Of a DNA stretch of 64,000 nucleotides, positions 24,181 through 37,226 are shown piece by piece. The stretch comes from Candidatus Limnocylindria bacterium. Its GTDB lineage: Bacteria; Chloroflexota; Limnocylindria; P2-11E. A program made the translations under genes and the position numbers. Within the stretch, counting starts at the first letter, position 1; every line of letters starts with the position of its first letter. Below the pieces are notes generated by a model. It had not been told where the DNA came from. It searched no databases and saw nothing but the letters and a program-made list of their open reading frames with translations. Where the stretch lies: the NCBI GenBank assembly GCA_035543375.1, contig DASZZF010000012.1:68323-132322 (forward strand). Reading direction: 5' to 3'.

Positions 24181-25332
24181 TTACTCCGGCAGCAGTCGCA
24201 CGAAGACGTCGCTCGCGACGAACCGAGCGTGCTCGCTGAGCGAGACGCGCTCACCCCGACGTTCCAGCACGCCCGTACCGTCGAACGGACGGAGCGCGCC
24301 GTCGACGCGCGCGCGCGCCGCCGCCCCGAACCGCTCGCCGTACGCGGCCAAATCGAGGCCCTCGTCCAGGCGCAGGGCCAGGATCGCCGTGTCCACGGCG
24401 GCATCCGCGTCGCCGTCGGTGATCCGGCCATCGCCGCGCTCGACGCGGAGGATGTACGCAAGCAGGCCGGCTGGCTGGTGCGAGCGAACCCCCGCAAGGT
24501 GCGAATGCGCGCCGGCGCCGACCCCGAGCCACGCTGCGTTCCGCCAGTACTGGAGGTTGTGGCGGCATTCCTTGCCCGGCCGGGCCCAGTTGGCGATCTC
24601 GTAATGGCGATAGCCGCGCGCCGCGAGGCGTGCCGAGGCGTGCTCGTAGCGCCGTGCCTGGCCATCGTCGTCCGCCTGTGCCGCCGCAGCGGACAGGCGC
24701 CAGCGCGCGAGCGTCGGCCAGTCGCCAGGCCAGTTGGCGACGGCTTCCTCGGGTGCGAGCTCGAGCTCGAGCGGGTAGGCGGAGAGGTGATCGGGGCCGC
24801 AGGCGAGCGCTGCCGAGAGATCCGCGTCCCAGTCGGCCTCCGTCTCGCCCGGCCGGCCGAAGATGAGATCGAGGTTCACGTCGAGGCCGACCGAGCGTGC
24901 GGCCACGACCGCGGGCCCGATGTCGCCGACCGTGTGTGTGCGGCCGAGTGCCTGGAGGCCGGCCGCCGAGAACGACTGCGCGCCCAGCGAGACCCGCGTC
25001 GCGCCGAGCCGGCGCCACGCCTCGAGGCGAGCGCGGTCGAGGGTCGCCGGGTTCGCCTCGAAGGTGACCTCGTCGGGAACGAAGTCGAACGCTCCCGAGA
25101 TCGCTTCCCCGAGCGCGGCGATCTCACCGGGCTCCAGCAGGCTCGGGGTGCCACCGCCGAAGAACGCCGTGCCAACGGCCGGATGGCCGAGCGCCTCGCC
25201 CTCGCGCGCGATCTCGGCCCCTAGGGCCGCGAGGTAGCGCGCGCGGAGCGGGCTCGTGGCCGGTGCCGTGGCGAAGTCGCAGTACGGACAACGCGACGCG
25301 CAGAACGGGATGTGCACGTACAGCGAGATCAT
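24181..25332 (-). CDS. hemW: Radical SAM heme chaperone HemW (HemN-like)
   Basis: MISLYVHIPFCASRCPYCDF contains the CxxxCxxC cluster motif. The position after lepA is conserved. The start at 25332 forms an ATGA overlap with the upstream gene. Confidence 0.9.
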   Translation of the reverse strand: MISLYVHIPFCASRCPYCDFATAPATSPLRARYLAALGAEIAREGEALGHPAVGTAFFGGGTPSLLEPGEIAALGEAISGAFDFVPDEVTFEANPATLDRARLEAWRRLGATRVSLGAQSFSAAGLQALGRTHTVGDIGPAVVAARSVGLDVNLDLIFGRPGETEADWDADLSAALACGPDHLSAYPLELELAPEEAVANWPGDWPTLARWRLSAAAAQADDDGQARRYEHASARLAARGYRHYEIANWARPGKECRHNLQYWRNAAWLGVGAGAHSHLAGVRSHQPAGLLAYILRVERGDGRITDGDADAAVDTAILALRLDEGLDLAAYGERFGAAARARVDGALRPFDGTGVLERRGERVSLSEHARFVASDVFVRLLPE

Positions 25333-25826
25333 TTGAGCTGACCCAGCGGATCGGGGAGGCCGGCGTCGGTGGAGAGCTCGGCGGTGCGGCCGAGGTCGAC
25401 GAGCCACTCGCGCGACTCGTGGACGAACGCAAGCAGATGGGCCGGGCGCCACTCGTCCTCGCGAACGATGCGCTCCTCGCCGAACTCCGGCAGGAGCAGC
25501 ACGTACGCGGTCCCGCGATCGACGAGCCGGGCCGCGGACACGCCGGTCGTCAGCAGTCGCGCGGGGCCGCCGATGACCGCGAGCGCCGCAGCGCAGATCG
25601 GCCCGACGACCTCGGCAAGTCGGGCGTCACCCACTTCGGCACCGACCGCGGCCGCGCGGTGCAGCGCGATCCGCACGGTCGACGCGTACCGGCCCTCGAG
25701 GAGACCGCGCGACTCGCGCGACAATCGCTCCCAGACGACACCGTGGTCACCCACGGCGATCCCGCGCAGGAACGTCGACGCGAGGAGCTGCGTCGGGTGC
25801 TCGTACGCGATGTGGTACGGCCGCAT
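25329..25826 (-). CDS. Hypothetical protein (165 aa)
   Basis: This is the 3' part of track ORF 25329..26417. ATG 25826 overlaps the lepA stop as ATGA, and its own stop overlaps the hemW start as ATGA. I recognise no motif. Confidence 0.65.
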   Translation of the reverse strand: MRPYHIAYEHPTQLLASTFLRGIAVGDHGVVWERLSRESRGLLEGRYASTVRIALHRAAAVGAEVGDARLAEVVGPICAAALAVIGGPARLLTTGVSAARLVDRGTAYVLLLPEFGEERIVREDEWRPAHLLAFVHESREWLVDLGRTAELSTDAGLPDPLGQLK

Positions 25827-27634
25827 CAGTCTTCCTTGATCCGCAGCACCGCGAGGAACGCCTCCTGCGGGATCTCGACCGCACCGACCATCTTCATGCG
25901 CTTCTTGCCGGCCTTCTGCTTCTCGAGGAGCTTCTTCTTCCGGGTGATGTCGCCGCCGTAGCACTTCGCGAGCACATCCTTGCGCTTCGCCTTCACCGTC
26001 TCGCGAGCGATGACCTTCCCCCCGATCGCCGCCTGGATCGGCACGTCGAACATCTGCTTCGGGATGAGCTCGCGCAGCTTCGCGCAGAGCGCGCGGCCGA
26101 TCCCCATCGCGCGATCGCGGTGCACGATCATCGAGAGCGCGTCGACGACCGTTGACGCGATGACCACGTCGAGGCGGACGAGGTCCGCCGCGCGATATTC
26201 GCGGAGCTCGTAGTCGAGGGAGGCGTACCCCTGCGACCGGCTCTTCAGTTGGTCGTAGAAATCGACGATCACTTCGCCGAGCGGCATGTCGTATGTCAAC
26301 ATCGCGCGGGTGGGGTCCACGTAGCTCATGTCCTTCAGGGTCCCGCGCTTCCCCTGCGACAGATCCATGACCGCGCCGACGTACTTCTGGGGCACGATGA
26401 TCGTGACCTTCATCCACGGCTCGCGGATCTCGTCGATCGTCCCGGGGTCCGGCAGGTTCGCCGGGTTGTCGACCGCGACCTCCGCGCCGCTCTGCGTGAT
26501 GACGCGGTACTCGACCGACGGCGACGTCGCGATGAGTTCAACGTCGTATTCGCGCTCGAGGCGCTCTTGGACGATCTCCAGGTGGAGCAGCCCGAGGAAT
26601 CCGGCACGGAAGCCGAACCCAAGGGCCTGTGAGTTCTCCGGCTCGTAGACCAGCGACGCGTCGTTCAGGCGGAGTTTCTCGAGGGCGTCGCGAAGCTGCG
26701 GATAGTCGTCCGAGCTCATCGGGTAGAAACCCGCGAAGACCATCGGCTTAGCCGGCCGATAGCCATGGAGCGGCGCGGTGGCCGGGGCGGTCGCGAGCGT
26801 CAGGGTGTCTCCCACCCTGCAATCGGCAACGGCCTTCAGGCCCGTCGCCACGTAGCCGACCTCGCCGGTCGCCAGGTGCGCAATGGCCACCGCGTCGGGC
26901 GTGAACACGCCGAGCTCGAGGAGCTCGCTCGACCTCCCCGTGGCCATGAGCGCGATGCGATCTCCTCCGCTGAGCGCGCCGTCGACGACCCGCACGTGGG
27001 CGACGACACCCTTGTACGCGTCGTAGTGCGAATCGAAGATGAGGGCCCGGAGCGGCGCATCGCGTTCGCCGTCGGGCGGCGGGACGCGCTCGACGATCGC
27101 GTGCAACAGCTCGGCGACGCCAAGACCGGTCTTACCGGAGGCGAGGAGGATCTCCTCGTCCTTGAACCCGAGCGTCGTACGCAGGTCCTCGCGCACGAGG
27201 TCGATGTCGATGTTCGGAAGGTCCACCTTGTTGATCACGGGAATGACCTCAAGACCCTGCTCGACCGCGAGATAGGCGTTCGCGAGCGTCTGCGCCTCGA
27301 TGCCCTGCGACGCGTCCACGAGCAGCAGCGCGCCCTCGCAGGCCGCGAGGGAGCGGCTCACCTCGTAGTTGAAGTCGACGTGGCCGGGCGTATCGATGAG
27401 GTTGAGCTCGTACTCCAGGCCATCACGCGCCGTCCAATGCATGCGCACGGCGCGTGCCTTGATGGTGATCCCTTTCTCGCGCTCTAGATCCATCGAATCG
27501 AGCAGCTGATCGCGCATCTCGCGCAGCGCCACCGTCCCGGTGAGCTCCAGGATGCGGTCGGAGAGCGTCGTCTTCCCGTGGTCGACATGGGCGATGACGC
27601 TGAAGTTGCGGATCCGCTGGCGTGCGTCGGGCAT
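25826..27634 (-). CDS. lepA: Translation elongation factor 4 (LepA)
   Basis: [22 protein letters not shown]...DTPGHVDF... and a C-terminal LepA domain. Confidence 0.97.
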   Translation of the reverse strand: MPDARQRIRNFSVIAHVDHGKTTLSDRILELTGTVALREMRDQLLDSMDLEREKGITIKARAVRMHWTARDGLEYELNLIDTPGHVDFNYEVSRSLAACEGALLLVDASQGIEAQTLANAYLAVEQGLEVIPVINKVDLPNIDIDLVREDLRTTLGFKDEEILLASGKTGLGVAELLHAIVERVPPPDGERDAPLRALIFDSHYDAYKGVVAHVRVVDGALSGGDRIALMATGRSSELLELGVFTPDAVAIAHLATGEVGYVATGLKAVADCRVGDTLTLATAPATAPLHGYRPAKPMVFAGFYPMSSDDYPQLRDALEKLRLNDASLVYEPENSQALGFGFRAGFLGLLHLEIVQERLEREYDVELIATSPSVEYRVITQSGAEVAVDNPANLPDPGTIDEIREPWMKVTIIVPQKYVGAVMDLSQGKRGTLKDMSYVDPTRAMLTYDMPLGEVIVDFYDQLKSRSQGYASLDYELREYRAADLVRLDVVIASTVVDALSMIVHRDRAMGIGRALCAKLRELIPKQMFDVPIQAAIGGKVIARETVKAKRKDVLAKCYGGDITRKKKLLEKQKAGKKRMKMVGAVEIPQEAFLAVLRIKED

Positions 27635-27651
27635 GCGAAGAGCGTAGGCGG

Positions 27652-29220
27652 CTATTCGACGACCGTCGGCGGACGGCCCAGGCGGGCGCGGACCGCATCG
27701 GTGATCTCCGCGAGCTCACGTACCCGGAACACCGACGAGGCGACGACATAAACGACGAGCCCGACCGCCATCGCGACCGACGTCTGCAGCAGCAGGCCGA
27801 TCTTCGTCTGGTCGAGGTCCACCGTGACGTTCGTCACCCGAATGAATAGGAACATCGCGATGCCCATCACCAGGCTCGTGGCCACGACCTTCAGCGACGA
27901 CGTCCCGAGGCCGACGAGGCGCAGGCGCGCGCGCGGCGCGAGCAGCGTGAGGAAGAGCGCCGCTTCGGCGAGTGTCGCGATCGAGTTCGCGAGCGCGAGG
28001 CCGTTGATCCCGTACAGCGGCGCGAGGAGGACCGACAGCACGATGTTCGTGCCGATCGAGAAGAGCGTGAGCGCGAGAGGGGTCTTCGTGTCCTTCGACG
28101 CGTAGTAGGCGCGGGCGAGGATCTGGATGAGCGCGTGACCCGCGAGACCAAGCGAGTAGAAGAGGAAGGCCTCCTGTGTCGCCTCACGGGCGTCGCGGCC
28201 GAACTGCCCGTATTGGAAGAGCAGGTTCACGATCGGGCGCCGGAGGACGATCATCATCACGACGGTCGGGAGCGTGAGGAACAGGATCCAGCGGATCGCC
28301 TGCTGCAGGATGTCGCGCATCCGCGCCTGGAGGCCGAGCGACGCGTAATGCGAGAGTGTCGGGAACACCGCGGCGCTGATCGCGATCGAGAACACGCCCA
28401 GTGGCAGCTGCATGAGCTGGAACGCGTAGTTGAGCGCGGTGAGCGACCCCTCAGGCAGCTTCGCCGCGAGGTAGGTGTCCACGATGAAGATGAGCTGCAC
28501 CGCGCCGAGCGCGAGCGTGCGCGGGATCGTGAGCCGCGCGATCTCGATGACGCCGGGATGGTCGAGGTCGAGCGTGAGCTTGTAGCGCGTCCGCCGGAAC
28601 GTCAGCTCCGGTATCTGGACCAGCCACATCATCAGCGCGCCCGCGACGGTGCCCCAGGCCAGCGCTTCGATGCCGAGGAACGGCGACGCGAAGAACGCGA
28701 ACAGGATGATCACGAAGTTGTAGACGAGCGGCGCCGTCGCTCCCGAGAGGAACTGCCGGTATGAGTTCAGGATCCCGGTGAAGAGCGCGGAGAGGCCCAT
28801 GAAGATCGGGCTGAGCAGCATGATTCGCGAGAGGTGGACGGTCGTTTCGACCTGACGCGGATCGCTGAACGGCGCGAGGACGGGGATGATCCACGGGGCG
28901 AAAAACCACATGAGCGCAGAAAGGGCGACGAGGAGGATCACGATCGCGTTCATGACGCTGGACGCCACGCGCCACGCCTCATCCTCGCGCTCCTTAGCAA
29001 GATAGCCGGTGAAGACGGGGATGAAAGCGCTCGCGAGCGCCCCCGCCACCAGCAGGTTGAAGAGCGTGTCGGGGATCCGGAACGCGGCCCAAAAGGCGTC
29101 GAGGTCGCGCGTTTCGCCGAAGCGTGCGCCGATGACTGAGAGCCGCAGCCAGCCGAGGAGCCGGCTCGCGATCAGGGTGACGATCATGAAGAGCGAGGCG
29201 CGGCCGACGCTCATCTGCAT
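27652..29220 (-). CDS. murJ: Lipid II flippase MurJ (MviN)
   Basis: [37 protein letters not shown] and about 14 TM helices. I prefer the start at MQMSVGRA (29220); the track start is 29283. Confidence 0.9.
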   Translation of the reverse strand: MQMSVGRASLFMIVTLIASRLLGWLRLSVIGARFGETRDLDAFWAAFRIPDTLFNLLVAGALASAFIPVFTGYLAKEREDEAWRVASSVMNAIVILLVALSALMWFFAPWIIPVLAPFSDPRQVETTVHLSRIMLLSPIFMGLSALFTGILNSYRQFLSGATAPLVYNFVIILFAFFASPFLGIEALAWGTVAGALMMWLVQIPELTFRRTRYKLTLDLDHPGVIEIARLTIPRTLALGAVQLIFIVDTYLAAKLPEGSLTALNYAFQLMQLPLGVFSIAISAAVFPTLSHYASLGLQARMRDILQQAIRWILFLTLPTVVMMIVLRRPIVNLLFQYGQFGRDAREATQEAFLFYSLGLAGHALIQILARAYYASKDTKTPLALTLFSIGTNIVLSVLLAPLYGINGLALANSIATLAEAALFLTLLAPRARLRLVGLGTSSLKVVATSLVMGIAMFLFIRVTNVTVDLDQTKIGLLLQTSVAMAVGLVVYVVASSVFRVRELAEITDAVRARLGRPPTVVE

Positions 29221-29258
29221 CCGCGCAAGTATGGCGGCGGAACGGTAGACTGACGCCG

Positions 29259-29519
29259 ATGGCAAAGAAGAAGCGTTCGGCATTGAAGCGCATCCGTCAG
29301 GCTCCGCGCCGCGCCGCGGTGAAGGTCCTCGCCCGTTCGTCCGCGCGTACGGCCGTTAAGAACGCTCGCGCGGCGATCGACGCAAAGTCGCCCGACGTCG
29401 ATGCGGCGGTCCGCAATGCCGCGAGCGCGCTCGACCGCGCGGCGAAGCGCAGGGGGATCCACCGGAACGCGGCAGCGCGCAAGAAGAGCCGCCTCGCGAA
29501 GCGGGCCGCGAAGGCCTAG
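29259..29519 (+). CDS. rpsT: 30S ribosomal protein S20
   Basis: MAKKKRSALKRIRQAPRRA...IHRNAAARKKSRL. TAGACT lies 7 nt upstream of the ATG, so the mRNA may be leaderless. Confidence 0.95.
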   Translation: MAKKKRSALKRIRQAPRRAAVKVLARSSARTAVKNARAAIDAKSPDVDAAVRNAASALDRAAKRRGIHRNAAARKKSRLAKRAAKA

Positions 29520-29528
29520 CCCCGAGCG

Positions 29529-31944
<2,416 letters not shown>

Positions 31945-31947
31945 GGA

Positions 31948-32979
31948 TCAGACGGTCGCGGCGGCGGGCGTCCTGGCCTTCAGCTTGGACGCGACGAACG
32001 CGGTGATGTCGGCGAGGCGGCAGGCGTAGCCCCATTCGTTGTCGTACCACGCGATGACCTTCACCATGTTGCCGAGCACGATCGTGTCCATCGCGCTCAC
32101 GATCGTCGAGTGCTCGTCGCCCTTGAGATCCATCGAGACGAGCGGCTCCTCGGTGTAATCCATGATGCCTGCCAGGTCGCCCTCGGACGCTTTCTTGAAC
32201 GCGGCATTCACCTCGTCCTTGGTCACGTCGCGCTTCAGCGTCACCGTGAAGTCGACCACCGACACGGTCGAGGTCGGCACGCGGAAGGCCATGCCGGTGA
32301 ACTTCCCCAGCAGGGCGGGGATCACGAGCGCGACGGCCCGCGCGGCGCCCGTCGCCGCTGGGACGATGTTCATCGCGGCCGCGCGCGCGTCCCGAGGATC
32401 GGGCGCGACGACGTCAAGCAGCCGCTGGGAGTTCGTGTACGAGTGGATCGTCGTGAGGAAGCCCTTCTCGATGCCGAACTCGTCGTTCAGCACCTTGGCC
32501 ACCGGCGCGAGCCCGTTCGTGGTGCAGGACGCGTTGCTGATGATGTGGTGCTTCGTCGCGTCGAACTGCTCCTCGTTCACGCCGAGCACGAGGGTGATGT
32601 CCTCATTCTTCGCGGGTGCTGAGATGATGACCTTCTTCGCGCCGGCATCGAGATGGGCCTTCGCCTTCGTTCCGTCGGTGAACAATCCGGTGGACTCGAT
32701 CACGATGTCGACGCCGAGCTCCTTCCACGGGAGCTTCAAGGGATCGCGCTCCTGGACGACCTTGATGCGGCGCCCGTCGATGACCAACGTATCGGCCGTC
32801 GCGGAGACGTCGCCCTTGTACTTCCCGTAGTTGGTGTCGTGCTTGAAAAGGTGTGCGTTCATCTGCGGATCGGCGAGGTCGTTGACGGCGACGACCTGGA
32901 TCTCCGGATGACGCTCGATGAGCGCTTTCAGGCACTGGCGTCCGATGCGGCCGAAGCCATTGATGGCGATCTTTGTCAT
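31948..32979 (-). CDS. gap: Glyceraldehyde-3-phosphate dehydrogenase
   Basis: [14 protein letters not shown]...SNASCTTN... with AAGGGGGA upstream of ATG 32979. The track start at 33168 is an extension. Confidence 0.95.
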   Translation of the reverse strand: MTKIAINGFGRIGRQCLKALIERHPEIQVVAVNDLADPQMNAHLFKHDTNYGKYKGDVSATADTLVIDGRRIKVVQERDPLKLPWKELGVDIVIESTGLFTDGTKAKAHLDAGAKKVIISAPAKNEDITLVLGVNEEQFDATKHHIISNASCTTNGLAPVAKVLNDEFGIEKGFLTTIHSYTNSQRLLDVVAPDPRDARAAAMNIVPAATGAARAVALVIPALLGKFTGMAFRVPTSTVSVVDFTVTLKRDVTKDEVNAAFKKASEGDLAGIMDYTEEPLVSMDLKGDEHSTIVSAMDTIVLGNMVKVIAWYDNEWGYACRLADITAFVASKLKARTPAAATV

Positions 32980-33004
32980 GAACGTCCCCCTTGCCCCGAC
33001 CAAT

Positions 33005-33946
33005 CTAAAGGAACCAGTCGCCTCCACCGGCCGCCCGATCCCGCGCCGCGAGCGCCGCGCCGATGATCGAGACATCCGCCCCGAGGGCCGACGGCACGAC
33101 TTGTACGGCCGCGGCGGGAACGGCGAACGCGCGATCCGCGATCGCCCGCCGCATCGGACCCAGGACATGACCCGGCTCGTGCTCGGCGACGGAACCCCCG
33201 ACCACGATCCGTTCCGGATTGAGAGCGTTCACGATGCCCACCGCGAGATTGCCGAGGGCCGCCGCTGCGAGCGCGACGAGTACCTGGGCCCGCGCGTCGC
33301 CCGCGCTTGCCCTGGCGTACACCACGCTCGCGTCATCGACGCCATACGCCTCGGCGAGATTGCGCCCGGCGGCGTACGCCTCGGCGCAGCCGAAGGAGCC
33401 GCAGCGACACCGTACGGTGGTGTCGAGGCTGACCGGAAAGTGCCCGAGCTCGCCCGCGGTGTTCGTGGCGCCACGGATCATCCGGCCATCGGTCACGATC
33501 GCGCCGCCGAGACCCGTCGAGACGGTGAGGTAGACGAAGTCGCGCGCGCCCCTGGCGGCGCCGGCGATCCCTTCACCGATCGCGGCCATCGCGGTATCGC
33601 GGTCGAGGAACACCGGCGGTCCGCCCAGACCCATGGCGAGCCGCGCGGCGAGCGGGACGTCCTTGAAGCCGGCGATGTTCTGCGTCGTGAGGATGACGCC
33701 GGTTCGGTGATCGAGCGGCCCGGGCGCCGAGAGACCCGCCGCGACGATCTCGCGGACGGCGGCCCTCGCTGACCCGAGCGCGGCCTGCGCGCTCGCGATG
33801 AGCCCGGCGACGACCGCGTCGGGGCCGGTCTGCGGCGTCGCGCGCGCGTCCCGCCCGACGAGGACGACGCTATCGCCGTCGATGCGGGCAACGGCGCTGC
33901 GGATGTTCGTGCCGCCGACGTCGAACCCGAGGTAGAGAGCGCTCAG
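33005..33946 (-). CDS. ROK-family glucokinase (probable CTG start; first ATG at 33634)
   Basis: ROK zinc motif [12 protein letters not shown]. The ATP-binding N-terminus [13 protein letters not shown] lies 100 codons upstream of the first ATG, in frame. There is no stop and no ATG, GTG or TTG in between; only the CTG at 33946. Confidence 0.75.
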   Translation of the reverse strand: MSALYLGFDVGGTNIRSAVARIDGDSVVLVGRDARATPQTGPDAVVAGLIASAQAALGSARAAVREIVAAGLSAPGPLDHRTGVILTTQNIAGFKDVPLAARLAMGLGGPPVFLDRDTAMAAIGEGIAGAARGARDFVYLTVSTGLGGAIVTDGRMIRGATNTAGELGHFPVSLDTTVRCRCGSFGCAEAYAAGRNLAEAYGVDDASVVYARASAGDARAQVLVALAAAALGNLAVGIVNALNPERIVVGGSVAEHEPGHVLGPMRRAIADRAFAVPAAAVQVVPSALGADVSIIGAALAARDRAAGGGDWFL

Positions 33947-33951
33947 GCTCG

Positions 33952-35480
33952 CTAGACCTTCGGCAACCGCCCGGCGATGTCCGGCGCGTGCACGGTGGAC
34001 AGGTCGCCCCCGAAGACCTGCTGCTGCGCGGCCCTATAGCCGCGTTTCGCTTTGTCCTTGCCGAACGCGCGCTCGGCATCTCCGTAGACCTGTGACACGA
34101 GCATCGCGAGATAGGGCAGCGCCTGCTGCTCCGGCACGCCTTCGCGCTCGAGCGCCTGCACGTCGATGCGGTCATCGACCACCGGCAGCGGGCGGTCGAT
34201 GGGATCGGCCTGCTCGTCGACGCGCATCAGGAGATTCGCCATCCGGTCGTCGATACGGCCCTTCCCGTATTGCCCGCTGTTGTACTCGGCAAGCAACGCG
34301 TTCGAGAACGCCGCGAGCGACCCGGCGCGGCTTTCGACCGTGGTCGTTCCCCCGCTCGGGTGCGCCGCCTCGCCGACCGCGGGATCGTCGCGCCTGAGGA
34401 ACCCGAACAGGCCGGACTTCTTGCCCTCGGGCTGCGACGGCGCCGCCGGCGCGGTCCATTCATTCACTTGAGCTCGCTCGTCGGCCTGCGCCCGCGCCGC
34501 CTCGACGGCGGGCGTCGGGGCCGACGCTGGCCGCGACCAGTCCGCGATGCGATCGGGCGGCGGCGCCGCGGGTGCGACCGGTTGGGCGGGGCCGAAGACC
34601 CCGGTCAGCGCGGCGAGACGCTCGTCCTGGGCTGGTGCCAGGTCGACCGGCGAAGGCTCTGGCACCGCTTCCGGCTCGGGGGTCTGGATCGGGCTCATCC
34701 GCGCGTCGAGCGCGGCCGCCAGGTCGGCGCGGAGATCCGGCTCGGGCGGTGACCACTGCCCCGGCTCGGCCGGCGTGGCTGGGGCCCGCCGCTCGGGCTC
34801 GGGCGCTGTCGCCGGTCGCTCCCACGATTCCAGCGGCGCCGGCGTGGACCACTGCTGCGGCTCGCGTGCGGGTGCACTCCAAGCTTGCGGGGTTTGCGGG
34901 TCCGGTGCCGCACTGGCCCCCGTCGTGGGCTCGGCCGGAGCTGCCGGCGGCTCGACGACGTCGACGAAGCCCGACTCGATGAGTCCGGCGAGCGAACCGA
35001 GCGCTGCGAAGCGGCCGACCTTGAGGTGCGCGGCGACGGCGACGACGTCCCGATCGCCGTTCACCGCGAGCAACGTGCGCCACTGGGCCGCACTGAGCGT
35101 GACCTCGCCCCGGTCGGCGGCGCGCTCCGACAACCGGAAGCGCGACCGGTCGTCGGGGATCACGCCGCGTATCGCGATGATGCGATCGCGTTCCACCACC
35201 GCCAGGTCGAGCAGCTGATCGAGGGCGCCGGACAGGTTCGACGCCGGCGCCTCGTTCCAGGGAATGAACTCGAAGGACCCGCTCTGGACGGCGAAGACCG
35301 CCCCAAGGGCCGTCTCACCGGCGTCGTCCTGCGCCGTCGCGGACACGAGCCTGCCGCGATCGAAGCCGAGCGTCCCGGCGTGGTCGTCGCCACGTACCTC
35401 GAGCTGACCGGTCTTGCTCGTCGAGGCGATGAGCTGAATGACCGTCTCGAGTGGGAATGCGTCGAGCTCTCCGCGCAGCG

Positions 35481-35484
<4 letters not shown>
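33952..35484 (-). CDS. DUF4388-like N-terminal domain protein with a long Pro/Ala-rich linker
   Basis: MTLRGELDAFPLETVIQLIASTSKTGQLEV matches my recollection of the DUF4388 (PatA-N-like) pattern. The middle ~200 aa are PxxP-rich. ATGA overlap with the upstream ABC ATPase. Confidence 0.65.
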
Positions 35485-36566
<1,082 letters not shown>

Positions 36567-36602
36567 GCATCCCTCCGACCGCTCTGAGCGGCCAAGAGTA
36601 TG

Positions 36603-37131
36603 TCATGGGTCGGCGGAGAGGGGCCGCGTGAACGCTGGCCGTTCGCGACCTCGCTCGAGCGCTCCGCCGACCCAGCGCACGTGGATCGCGTCGATCCGCG
36701 ATACGGGCGTCCCCGCGGCCAGCCGGCCGAGGACACGCCCGCGGTCGGCGACCGCGCCCGCGGGCGGATCGAGGACGAGCGTCAGCCTCGCGCCATCACC
36801 GGCACGGACCAGGGCCCAGTCCGGGATGGCGAGTTGCCGCGAGCGAGCGTCACCGCGCGCGGAGTAGGCGATGCGGACGAACGCGCCGGTGATGTCCGGA
36901 TCGCTCACCCCGAGCACCACCGTGATCCGGGACAGCGCGCCCGGGGGACGCGGGGATGCCGAGCACGAGTTCGCCGCCATCGCCGGTCAGGGACGCACGC
37001 GGCGTCGTGCGCCGGAACGATCCCGGATCAGCCCGATCAACCGGTTCAGCCGGATCGGCCGACGCCGGAACCCCGACCGCGACCGCGGCAATGACCGCGA
37101 GCACAACGATGAAGACCGGCCGATGCGGCAT
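36603..37131 (-). pseudogene. Secreted hypothetical protein split by a +1 frame change in a C5 run (G5 at 36943-36947 on the plus strand)
   Basis: Track ORF 36850..37197 carries a signal peptide (MPHRPVFIVVLAVIAAVAVGVPASA from ATG 37131). Track ORF 36603..36980 carries the rest. Removing one C joins ...GIPASPG to ALSRITVVLGVSDPD... in one frame. Confidence 0.45.
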
Positions 37132-37148
37132 GGCCCGACGGCACGCAG

Positions 37149-37206
37149 CCATTCGGACCGTGTCGCGTCGTCCATTCGGACCGGAGGTGTCGTCCATTCG
37201 GATCGG
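37149..37206. repeat. Three direct repeats of CCATTCGGAYCG (18-nt core GTCGTCCATTCGGAYCGG for copies 2 and 3) at 23- and 22-nt spacing
   Basis: Copies at 37149-37160, 37172-37183 and 37194-37205. They lie in the 95-nt gap between the GH38 gene stop and the downstream secreted-protein ATG. Confidence 0.75.
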
Positions 37207-37226
37207 GAAGCCCTCGGCGCGGACAA

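Noticed and set aside
23752-25224. 490-aa plus-strand ORF beginning MVFRAVVFRAVVF..., a striking peptide repeat
   Set aside because: The repeat is the reverse-complement reading of the KKTTA coding repeat, and the rest is antisense to hemW. The minus-strand genes have an RBS, a terminator and family motifs.
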